DNA of 20,000 nt from an uncultured virus (IMG/VR IMGVR_UViG_3300021399_000011) (IMGVR_UViG_3300021399_000011); one strand, 5' to 3'. Positions 1 to 6,854 are shown, counted from the first letter of the stretch. Made by a program: numbers and translations. Notes: a model not told the origin generated them from the letters alone.

Positions 1-1
1 C

Positions 2-226
2 GCATGGACATCACCGCGCAAGTCTCTGCCGGAGCCGTTCGTTAGTGTACAGGTATACATCCCCTCGCAAGCGCCATTCCCCACCGTGCATGAGGGATAT
101 GTTCTTGCGGATGACAACGGAATCCCATACGGATGGTTCATCCCGGCGCTACGCGATAGATGCGACCTATACGATGCTGTCGAAGCCTGGACGCCGTTTG
201 TCGAACCTGAAACGGTAAAACTATGA
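2..226 (+). CDS. Partial (5'-truncated) phage protein, DUF551-like
   Basis: Frame 2 is open from the window edge: AWTSPRKSLPEPFVSVQVY...AVEAWTPFVEPETVKL*. The W-x-S...LPE and V-x-x-W-x-P pattern resembles DUF551 proteins. Its stop overlaps the next ATG (ATGA at 223-226). Confidence 0.55.
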   Translation, partial: AWTSPRKSLPEPFVSVQVYIPSQAPFPTVHEGYVLADDNGIPYGWFIPALRDRCDLYDAVEAWTPFVEPETVKL

Positions 227-648
227 GCAAGCAGTGTCCTTCCTGTGAGTTTTTCTGCTCCACTCCGCCTAACGATGGCAAGCGCAATGTCACGTTGCAG
301 CCTGTGTGTCTCTGTGACCAGTGCGATCAATACACACCATACATACCACGGCGAGCAAAAGACGAGACTTTGGATACTATTTTAAGCGCATTGGACAAGA
401 TGTGCGATATACAAATAGCATCTGGAATAAATCTCGGAATGATTATTGATAGACATAGCCAGGATACATGCTTCTCTTGCGGTTCACCTCTTCGCATCAT
501 GATTCGAGGCAAAAAGAAATACTGCGCCGTGTGCGGATGTTATTTGCCTGAAATCGTCTATGGTGAACAATTCCGCGACTTCACGAAATTGATAAGCCCG
601 ATGGAAATACAACGGCCAAAACCAATGCCTACAGTATATTCACATTAG
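223..648 (+). CDS. Cys-rich putative zinc-binding phage protein
   Basis: 141 aa with CPSC, CDQC, CFSC and CAVC motifs; translationally coupled to the upstream ORF. Confidence 0.65.
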   Translation: MSKQCPSCEFFCSTPPNDGKRNVTLQPVCLCDQCDQYTPYIPRRAKDETLDTILSALDKMCDIQIASGINLGMIIDRHSQDTCFSCGSPLRIMIRGKKKYCAVCGCYLPEIVYGEQFRDFTKLISPMEIQRPKPMPTVYSH

Positions 649-658
649 AGGAGGATAT

Positions 659-1192
659 ATGGAAGTATCACTTTTGAAATGTCCGTCCGATACGGACTGG
701 CTTCTCGTAAAGCGAGCTGCGCTCGAAACCGTCGGGCGATCCGTGAAGACACTTCCCGGCATTGAGTGGAAGAAGTCGATTCTGGAAGCCCGCCACAGCC
801 CCATCAGGCTGCTCCATTTCGTTTTTGAACTCAGAGATATACCGTACTGGGTCAGCGGCCATCTCTGCCGTCATGTCCACTCAACGCCGTTCGTGAAGTC
901 CCAGAGGAATGACCGGCAGTCAGATTATGACCGCAACGCTGCGCGGCAGGATGCCCCAGTCAATATGATGTGGGAGATGAACGCCGAGGAACTCTGCGTG
1001 ATCGCAAATAAGCGCCTATGCAACATGGCCGCAAAGGAAACCAGAGAAGTCGTGGCGAGAATGTGCGAGCTGGTAATCGTCAACTGCCCAGAGTTCAAAG
1101 ATGTTCTTGTACCTATGTGCGAGTATAACGGCGTCTGCCATGAAATGAACGGTGGATGCGGAAAGATGAAAAGGAGAACCGATATTGTCTGA
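659..1192 (+). CDS. thyX: ThyX-like flavin-dependent thymidylate synthase (short phage form)
   Basis: RHSPIR...FVFEL.DIP..VS.HL.RH-x8-SQR followed by N...L......RLC..A..E.R follows the ThyX motif order. Strong RBS GAGGAGG. Confidence 0.8.
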   Translation: MEVSLLKCPSDTDWLLVKRAALETVGRSVKTLPGIEWKKSILEARHSPIRLLHFVFELRDIPYWVSGHLCRHVHSTPFVKSQRNDRQSDYDRNAARQDAPVNMMWEMNAEELCVIANKRLCNMAAKETREVVARMCELVIVNCPEFKDVLVPMCEYNGVCHEMNGGCGKMKRRTDIV

Positions 1193-1550
1193 CGAACGTA
1201 TTACGAAAGAAGACGAACTCAACGGCATCGAACTCTGGAACATGGCGCTGTTCAAGCCGCACTGGTGGAAGCCCTGGCTGACATTCTTCTACATCGACTG
1301 CCCGCAATATCTATCATTCAACCTCTTCGACAAGTACGACATACAGCCATTTTTCTTCCGGTTCAGCGAGCATAAAGACGGAAAGTATATTGGCGTGAAG
1401 TGCTGCGTCAAGAAAAGCCGTATAGATGATTTCCTCGTCTGTATGCACGAGATGCAGCGCAACATGACGATCTGCGGATACAGCGACTACGAAGAGTTCT
1501 GCCGGAAGTGGCAGGAAGATCTCAAAGAGGAGGACGACGCCGATGAATGA
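1185..1550 (+). CDS. Hypothetical protein
   Basis: 121-aa ORF with TTG start and AAGGAG RBS; overlaps both neighbours. Confidence 0.65.
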   Translation: MSDERITKEDELNGIELWNMALFKPHWWKPWLTFFYIDCPQYLSFNLFDKYDIQPFFFRFSEHKDGKYIGVKCCVKKSRIDDFLVCMHEMQRNMTICGYSDYEEFCRKWQEDLKEEDDADE

Positions 1551-1746
1551 CGAGCAGCTTAAATGCGCAGCCATGGGCATTATCACATACCACTACCTTC
1601 TGAATATGGATGAGCCGCCGGATGTGGAGATAGGCGATATGCTCACGATTGATGCCGAGTTGGACGATGGCGTACTTGAAGCGACGATGGAACTGCTATC
1701 CACCATAAGCACGGAAGAGTTGGAACTATACGAAGAAGAATTATAA
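1543..1746 (+). CDS. Small highly acidic hypothetical protein
   Basis: 67 aa, very D/E-rich; RBS GAGGAGG; last gene before a terminator. Confidence 0.65.
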   Translation: MNDEQLKCAAMGIITYHYLLNMDEPPDVEIGDMLTIDAELDDGVLEATMELLSTISTEELELYEEEL

Positions 1747-1760
1747 TCAGCAAAATACAC

Positions 1761-1810
1761 AAGGGTGGCACAGCAAAATCGCTGTACCGCCCTTATTTAC
1801 TATGTTTTTT
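1761..1810 (+). terminator. Putative intrinsic terminator
   Basis: AAGGGTGGCACAGC-aaaatc-GCTGTACCGCCCTT imperfect stem followed by T-rich sequence. Confidence 0.6.
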
Positions 1811-1890
1811 GGCTCTTTTTTTGGCACACATAGCGGCTTTTGGCACATTTTTGGCACATCATAATTGACGCTTTTTGACGATTTCTGACG
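1805..1890 (+). repeat. Short direct repeats, likely integrase arm-type or accessory-factor sites of attP
   Basis: TTTTGGC occurs four times (three as TTTTGGCACA) and TGACG three times just left of the tRNA-derived core. Similar TTT(T)GGCGCA copies lie at about 2070-2092 on the other side. Confidence 0.6.
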
Positions 1891-1924
1891 GTCGCTTTAG
1901 TGTAATATGACGAACGCAAAAATA

Positions 1925-1965
1925 AAGAAAAAACCCTGGAACCATTGAAATTCCAAGGTTTTTTG
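1925..1965 (-). terminator. Intrinsic terminator downstream of the tRNA fragment and integrase (possibly bidirectional)
   Basis: AAAAAACC-CTGGAA...TTCCAA-GGTTTTTT inverted repeat with A/T tracts on both sides, immediately after the tRNA CCA on the minus strand. Confidence 0.7.
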
Positions 1966-1966
1966 T

Positions 1967-2013
1967 TGGAGCTGGATGCGAGACTCGAACTCGCGACCTC
2001 ATGATTACGAATC
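1967..2013 (-). other. attP core: 3' half of tRNA-Thr(CGT)
   Basis: The minus strand reads GA-TTCGTAA-TCATG-AGGTC-GCGAG-TTCGAGT-CTCGC-ATCCAGC-T-CCA: anticodon loop (CGT), variable loop, perfect T-arm, acceptor 3' strand and CCA. The 5' half is absent. It lies 45 nt downstream of the integrase stop. Confidence 0.9.
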
Positions 2014-2058
2014 GTTTTGACCCATCCCTATACCCATTGAAAATACTGGATTTTTTGA

Positions 2059-3315
2059 CTACTCCGATTTTTTTGGCGCAGTATTTGGCGCAGCGTTTTC
2101 TTTGTTCAAAATGCCGGTGGCGCGGATCGCTTCCGGCTTTCCAGCATCCACATAGATATTTGCCGTGGTAGAAATATCAGAGTGACCCATGAGGTATTTC
2201 GTGACTTCAATAGGCACTTCCGCCCTTTGCATATCCGTTCCGAAGGTGTGGCGAAGACAGTATGTGCATATCTCTGGTGACAGCTTGTGGCCGTTGCGCG
2301 GTTTCTTCGGATCGGCGGGGTCTGGGTATAACGGTGTACCGTCAGCCTTTAAATCAGCTGGGTCGTAGATGTGACCTCGACTGTCATGTTCTGCTCCCAT
2401 CTCCAAGTCCCATTGGCGGGAGAAAGACTTCCAGTATGTCTTGAACGCCTGACGGGTGAGCATAGACTTGCCATCGGACTTGGTGAACAGAAACTCTGCT
2501 TTATCCCTCTCCCCTATCATGGCGGCAAGGTCGGCGAGTATGGCCGGATCGTCCTTTGTGTTGATGGCAGTAAAGCGGACGCCGGATGCCGTCTTTGGCG
2601 TACTTATCGTCTTTGTTCCCGTCTCGACCGCCTGCGTGACATGGACGATTTTTTCTTCAAGGTCAACATCTCCCACCTTGATAGCCGCCAGCTCGTTAGG
2701 TCGGACGCCGGTGGCCGCGAGGAATCGGAAGAGAAGCCCATGCTTGTTTTTATCTGCCGCTTTGAAGAAAAAATTTCTTTCTTCGGCAGTTATCGACCGC
2801 CTTTTCCCTTTTTTGGCAGCGGGAAGCGACAAACCTACAGATGGGTCGAATGGTATAATACGGTCAATGTAAGCCTGCGAGAACATCTTCTTTATCGTGA
2901 TGTTCAGCTTTGCCACCTGAGAGAAAGACATATCCTTATGCTCGTTTAGGATCTGCTGTAGGTGGGTCGGCTTCACATCGCGCATCCGCATATTCCCAAT
3001 GGCCGGTACGATATAGTTGCGAGACAACTGCTCATAGGATTTATACGTTGCCTCGTTCATTGTCCCCCGAAGCTTCGGCTCCCCCGGCTTGCGCACCCTC
3101 GGCTTGTTATATGTATCCAGCCAAGTGTTCGCCCAGGTACTCACCTTCATGGCCGTGGATATGCCAAGGTCTCCGTTCTTTACGGCGTCGATCTTCCGGT
3201 TGAGCTTGCGGTAGGCTTCCGCCTTTGTCTTCCCTCTCGCCGTATAGCGGACACCCTCATAGGTCTCGCTGACGCGCTCATAATCGTATTCTTTTGTCGG
3301 CTTACCCTTCGGCAA
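2059..3315 (-). CDS. int: Tyrosine recombinase (phage integrase)
   Basis: 418 aa. N-terminal arm-binding region (RGKTKAEA), core-binding domain, catalytic TGVRPNE, PKT, YCLRHT, LMGHSDISTTANIY. Adjacent to attP. Confidence 0.95.
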   Translation of the reverse strand: MPKGKPTKEYDYERVSETYEGVRYTARGKTKAEAYRKLNRKIDAVKNGDLGISTAMKVSTWANTWLDTYNKPRVRKPGEPKLRGTMNEATYKSYEQLSRNYIVPAIGNMRMRDVKPTHLQQILNEHKDMSFSQVAKLNITIKKMFSQAYIDRIIPFDPSVGLSLPAAKKGKRRSITAEERNFFFKAADKNKHGLLFRFLAATGVRPNELAAIKVGDVDLEEKIVHVTQAVETGTKTISTPKTASGVRFTAINTKDDPAILADLAAMIGERDKAEFLFTKSDGKSMLTRQAFKTYWKSFSRQWDLEMGAEHDSRGHIYDPADLKADGTPLYPDPADPKKPRNGHKLSPEICTYCLRHTFGTDMQRAEVPIEVTKYLMGHSDISTTANIYVDAGKPEAIRATGILNKENAAPNTAPKKSE

Positions 3316-3369
3316 TAGCGCACCTCACATTTCGTGTATTTTGACGAATGGAATTTACGTTCTGTGTAC

Positions 3370-3426
3370 TTGACAAATTTAGCTTTATAGGCTAATATCA
3401 ATAGCGTGGTTAGCTTGTTAAGCTAA
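3370..3426 (+). promoter_or_regulatory. Sigma-A-type promoter with two 17-bp palindromic operators
   Basis: TTGACA (3370-3375), 17 nt, TAATAT (3393-3398). Operators TTAGCTT-tat-AGGCTAA (3379-3395) and TTAGCTT-gtt-AAGCTAA (3410-3426). Confidence 0.7.
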
Positions 3427-3504
3427 TTCTCGGTGGTTGACCTTTTTAACGGACGCTCATGGTGTTACCATATACTCACCAGAAGATAAAGGGGGAACGA
3501 TGGA

Positions 3505-3630
3505 TTGACCAAAGAAGAAGCCAAGGCTTTTGTCGATAGTCTCACTGACGAGGAAGTAATCTTCGTGAAACAGTTCCTCGATAAACTTGATAAAGAAAAG
3601 GAGTCTAAAAATGGACAAGACCACGTTTGA
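3505..3630 (+). CDS. Small hypothetical protein (41 aa), not in the ORF track
   Basis: TTG start after AGGGGG RBS: MTKEEAKAFVDSLTDEEVIFVKQFLDKLDKEKESKNGQDHV*. Lies downstream of the 3370 promoter. Confidence 0.55.
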   Translation: MTKEEAKAFVDSLTDEEVIFVKQFLDKLDKEKESKNGQDHV

Positions 3631-3793
3631 TATTGAGCTGACCAACTTTGAGGAAGCATCGGCTATAGCCCGACAGCTACAGGTTGAAATCGACAAAGCG
3701 GTGGAAGCCGCGCAACGGCTCTCCGATTTGTTGCTTCACCTTGAGGTCAAGATAAACGAAAACCCATCAGCCAGGATCACGGGAGAAGGGTAA
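3611..3793 (+). CDS. Small helical hypothetical protein (60 aa)
   Basis: ATG at 3611 with AAGGAG RBS: MDKTTFDIELTNFEEASAIARQLQVEIDKAVEAAQRLSDLL... Confidence 0.6.
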   Translation: MDKTTFDIELTNFEEASAIARQLQVEIDKAVEAAQRLSDLLLHLEVKINENPSARITGEG

Positions 3794-3967
3794 GTCAACA
3801 ATCGCGCCGCAGAAAGGACAAGTCACCCTTCTATCGTATCGCTCTATGTCAGTCCCACATTTGGGGCAAACGCCATAATACAGCGTTGCTGTCATTTTTG
3901 AGAGCGCCTTATCTTTCTCCTTCTTTAGTGCCTTTTGGTACTCTCTTTCAACGTCTGACTTACTCAT
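3767..3967 (-). CDS. Zinc-ribbon protein in the repressor operon
   Basis: CPKCG...VTCPFCG; its start overlaps the repressor stop. Confidence 0.7.
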   Translation of the reverse strand: MSKSDVEREYQKALKKEKDKALSKMTATLYYGVCPKCGTDIERYDRRVTCPFCGAIVDLPFSRDPG

Positions 3968-4316
3968 TCTTGCTATCCCCTTTCTGCATATAAGCAGCCA
4001 GTTCGCCCATGAGCCGAATCACTTCGGCCTGCGACAGATTCGCTACCCTCGGCATGATCTCATCACGAATAACGTCCACATTGCCCGTCACTTCGGTGGT
4101 GGGCTTTTTTGTTTCTGTATCGCTAAGTAATTCTTCAACACTTACATTGAAGTATTCGGCAAATCGCATGAGCACGTTATCTCTTGGAACAGACCCATTT
4201 TTCTTCCATCCGGTTACTGTTCCAGAACTCTTTACGCCACCGATGTTCCTTGCGACTACATTTGGAGCTTTTCCAACTTCATCGCATAGCCGCACGAAAT
4301 TGTTATAAAACGACAA
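3960..4316 (-). CDS. CI-like XRE-family HTH repressor
   Basis: Likely TTG start at 4316 after GAGGTG. SFYNNFVRLC...APNVVARNIG...GTVTGWKK..SVP....LMRFAEYFNVSVEELL is a typical XRE HTH. Divergent from a cro-like gene. Confidence 0.85.
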   Translation of the reverse strand: MSFYNNFVRLCDEVGKAPNVVARNIGGVKSSGTVTGWKKNGSVPRDNVLMRFAEYFNVSVEELLSDTETKKPTTEVTGNVDVIRDEIMPRVANLSQAEVIRLMGELAAYMQKGDSKNE

Positions 4317-4373
4317 ATTCACCACCTCATTTTTATCAGTTTTGCCAAATGTGAGAAAAATGAGAAAAACCAC

Positions 4374-4402
4374 TTTACAAAATGAGAAAAATGAGATAAG
4401 AT
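4374..4402 (+). promoter_or_regulatory. Lytic (cro) promoter
   Basis: TTTACA, 17 nt, TAAGAT; overlapped by TGAGA(A/T)AA direct repeats at 4352-4399. Confidence 0.65.
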
Positions 4403-4480
4403 AGCCTTGCACTTGCGGATAAGGGTGCAAAAACACGACCCCTCAGAGAGTGGCTTTTCAAAATATTTGTTGGCACTCAT

Positions 4481-4509
4481 ATTTTATCAGCACTCTCCGG
4501 GGATGTCAA
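4481..4509 (-). promoter_or_regulatory. Lysogenic (cI) promoter
   Basis: Minus strand: TTGACA (4509-4504), 17 nt, TAAAAT (4486-4481), with an extended -10 TG. Confidence 0.75.
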
Positions 4510-4549
4510 TAAGAAAACTCATATTTGTGAGAAAGGAGAGTGATAACCT

Positions 4550-4741
4550 TTGACGCTCAAAGAGCGAAGAAAGGCTGCGGGACTCACGCAGCAGGAACTT
4601 GGTACCATGATTGGTGTCGATCAGTCGGCCATCCACTTATGGGAAGCCGGAAAGACAAAGCCCCGAAAGGCGCATCTGGCGGAACTCGCCAAACTGTATA
4701 AGTGCTCCGAAAAGGAGCTGACCCAGGATTTAGACCAGTGA
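4550..4741 (+). CDS. Cro-like XRE HTH regulator
   Basis: LKERRKAAGLTQQELGTMIGVDQSAIHLWEAGKTKP is a canonical HTH_3 pattern; AAGGAG RBS. Confidence 0.9.
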   Translation: MTLKERRKAAGLTQQELGTMIGVDQSAIHLWEAGKTKPRKAHLAELAKLYKCSEKELTQDLDQ

Positions 4742-4787
4742 GCCGACACTGGTGAATGCAAACAAGATGAAGAAAGGAACATAAAAC

Positions 4788-5372
4788 ATGAAGTATCTGG
4801 AAGTAACTTGGAACGGCACCTCCCCCCTCATTGAGAACTCTCCCAAATGTGTCAACCCCCTTCACCCCATCGCCAAAGAGAAGAGCGCACTGACTTCCAA
4901 GCGGAAGAAAACCGAAGAGGATCTGGAGAAAATCTCCGACCTCGAATGGGAAGCCGGTGTCTACTGGGACGATAACATCGGCCTGGTCATCCCCAACGAG
5001 TGCATCGCAGCGACAATCCTCAATGGGGCAAAGATGAACAAGAACGGCTCTGCGATCCAGAAGTACGTTCAGGTGGTTGACAGCCTTGCACCGCTCGACA
5101 TCGGAGAGGTTCAGAACTACGAGAAGATGAAGGTCGATCCCCGATTCCGCGATGTCCGTACCGTCTGCGTCATGCGTTCGCGTGTCATTCGCACCCGCCC
5201 CCGGTTCAACACTTGGCGTGTCCGCTTCAAGCTGATGTATGACGAGTCGAAAATTGATGTCGATGACATCGCCCTCGCTGTTGAGAACGCTGGTAACTAT
5301 GTCGGTCTGTGCGAGATGCGGAAGATGGGCTACGGTCGTTTCGCCGCTTCCATCTCTGAAGTCGAAGCCTAA
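4788..5372 (+). CDS. Cas7/RAMP-like RNA-binding protein (candidate effector of the adjacent array)
   Basis: 194 aa. N-terminal strand then G-x-SPL; central LVIPNECIAATILNGAK (position of the RAMP IPGSSLKG helix); RTRPRF..W.V.F.L; C-terminal Gly-rich loop AG..VGLCEMRKMGYGRF, as in RAMP G-loops. Confidence 0.7.
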   Translation: MKYLEVTWNGTSPLIENSPKCVNPLHPIAKEKSALTSKRKKTEEDLEKISDLEWEAGVYWDDNIGLVIPNECIAATILNGAKMNKNGSAIQKYVQVVDSLAPLDIGEVQNYEKMKVDPRFRDVRTVCVMRSRVIRTRPRFNTWRVRFKLMYDESKIDVDDIALAVENAGNYVGLCEMRKMGYGRFAASISEVEA

Positions 5373-5383
5373 CTGATTTTTAC

Positions 5384-5413
5384 GGGGAGCCGTGTGCTCC
5401 GGCTCCCCCTTTT
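5384..5413 (+). terminator. GC-rich hairpin plus U-tract between the RAMP-like gene and the array (terminator or processing/leader stem)
   Basis: GGGGAGCCG-tgtgctc-CGGCTCCCC, then CTTTT. Confidence 0.65.
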
Positions 5414-5422
5414 GGAATATAT

Positions 5423-5692
5423 GTTTCGGCTTGGTATCGTAGGGTTCTGTTCGGTACGGCTTCTAAGGTTTGATGTGGTAGGGCATGGTAGTGTTCGCTA
5501 CGGATTATAAGTTCCGTTACGCAAGGGTATGGCTTGGTTGGCTTTGGTTAGGTATCTACGGATTGGTTAGGCGCGGATAGGTAAGGCTTGTTATGGTCTG
5601 CTGCGGATTATTCGGTGGAGCATGGTTAGGTCAGGTCTGGTCTGGTGGGGATTCTTCGGTGCGGACAGATAAATCTTTGGTGCGGATAAATC
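5423..5692 (+). ncRNA. Non-coding array of GG(Y)-NN pentamers in ~44-54-nt units (candidate guide RNAs)
   Basis: Counted by hand: 45 in-register pentamers from 5423 to 5667, of which 26 start GGT/GGC and 6 start GGA. Units end in a recurring GG(A/C)TT motif with a 4-nt register break. The track shows no ORF of 60 aa or more here. Confidence 0.7.
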
Positions 5693-5710
5693 TCAAATAG
5701 GAGGCAAAAG

Positions 5711-6160
5711 ATGAACAGGAAGGATAAGGTGGACAAAATCGTGGAAACATTCGCCTGTATGGACTACGGCGAATCCATGACCCACGGACAGATTGCCGAA
5801 CTTGTCGGTGTGAAGAAGACAGACAGCGAGTACCGCTATCTGATCCATCAGTCGCAGAAGCATCTGCTTGACCACGGGAAAATGGTCGAGAGTATTCGCG
5901 GCGTAGGTTACAGGGTGGTCAACCCCGATGACTATACGGCGGTATCTTCCCGGTACATGACCACGGGAGTGCGGTGCATCAACAAGAGCGCCAATGTACT
6001 GGCCCACGCACCAGTAGCCAGTATGACGCCGGAGGGATTGCAGGCTTACAACCACGTCCGTGATCGGATGGCAATTCTACAGGCGGCTGTGACCGGGGCA
6101 AAGGTTGAAATCAATATGCTCGCCCAGAAGCGGGAACACCCTCTGGCGGTGAAGCGATGA
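5711..6160 (+). CDS. Putative winged-helix DNA-binding protein
   Basis: THGQIAELVG helix and ESIRGVGYRVV wing (resembles the OmpR-type wHTH C-terminal motif); RBS AGGAGG. Confidence 0.65.
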   Translation: MNRKDKVDKIVETFACMDYGESMTHGQIAELVGVKKTDSEYRYLIHQSQKHLLDHGKMVESIRGVGYRVVNPDDYTAVSSRYMTTGVRCINKSANVLAHAPVASMTPEGLQAYNHVRDRMAILQAAVTGAKVEINMLAQKREHPLAVKR

Positions 6161-6387
6161 TACCCAGCGCACCGTGTATGAAAGACGGCATTGACTGCGA
6201 CAATCGCAACGTCGGATGCCAGTCGAAGTGTGATGCGTACAAGGCATTCCGCGCCGCCATCGACAAGGCCAATGCCGAGCGGCACAAGGAGGATGTGAGT
6301 AAGCAGTACGCATCAGACATGATCTGGCGAGACCGCCAGAAACTGAAGTACACCGCCGATGGGAGACGGGTATTAGGCCAGAGGTGA
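6157..6387 (+). CDS. Small Cys-rich phage protein
   Basis: PC....DC..R.VGC...C..Y pattern; ATGA-coupled to the upstream gene. Confidence 0.7.
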   Translation: MIPSAPCMKDGIDCDNRNVGCQSKCDAYKAFRAAIDKANAERHKEDVSKQYASDMIWRDRQKLKYTADGRRVLGQR

Positions 6388-6393
6388 TTCCCC

Positions 6394-6639
6394 ATGCCGA
6401 GAGTGAATCTCAACCAGAACAAGCTGACTACGGATCGTAGGCAACTGCTCTACTCCCGCTACGGCGGATTCATGACGATTCAAAACGTCATGGCAGAACT
6501 GGGCGTGAGCCGCAACACCGCAAAGAAGTTTGCGGCCACGCTCCCCGCCTACTCCCTCACCGGGAAGCCTGTATATGACGTTAATGATGTGGCGACAAAA
6601 ATCGAAGCCACACGCACTCCACCGAAGGAGGCTCAATGA
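6394..6639 (+). CDS. HTH DNA-binding protein, possible excisionase
   Basis: FMTIQNVMAELGVSRNTAKK...PVYDVNDVA resembles an Xis/MerR-like winged HTH; RBS GAGGTG. Confidence 0.6.
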   Translation: MPRVNLNQNKLTTDRRQLLYSRYGGFMTIQNVMAELGVSRNTAKKFAATLPAYSLTGKPVYDVNDVATKIEATRTPPKEAQ

Positions 6640-6854
6640 ACAACACAATCCCCTACGCAGTCCGTCCGTGGGACGGCCCATTCGCCAAATCTGAAACGCC
6701 GGAGAAACGCCACAAACGGTACATCCCGGCCCAGATGCCACCGCAGAGGGAAATAGATATGTGCTTGAGCTGTCCGCTTCCTGATTGTGATGGCTCGGAA
6801 CGGAAGTGCCGGAGCTACCGCGCACACTACGTTGCGAAGAGGGTACACCAATGA
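6636..6854 (+). CDS. Small Cys-cluster hypothetical protein
   Basis: AVRPW...IDMCLSCPLPDC; RBS AAGGAGG. Confidence 0.65.
   Translation: MNNTIPYAVRPWDGPFAKSETPEKRHKRYIPAQMPPQREIDMCLSCPLPDCDGSERKCRSYRAHYVAKRVHQ

Noticed and set aside
1967..2013. Functional phage tRNA gene
   Set aside because: The acceptor 5' strand, D-arm and most of the 5' anticodon stem are missing; this is an att core.
4317..4436. N-terminal extension of the repressor in the ORF track
   Set aside because: It covers the operator/promoter region. The TTG at 4316 has a good RBS and starts the HTH domain.
5423..5692. Canonical CRISPR array or simple microsatellite
   Set aside because: There are no identical 25-40-nt repeats with unique spacers. 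The pentamers vary systematically at two positions rather than being slippage copies.
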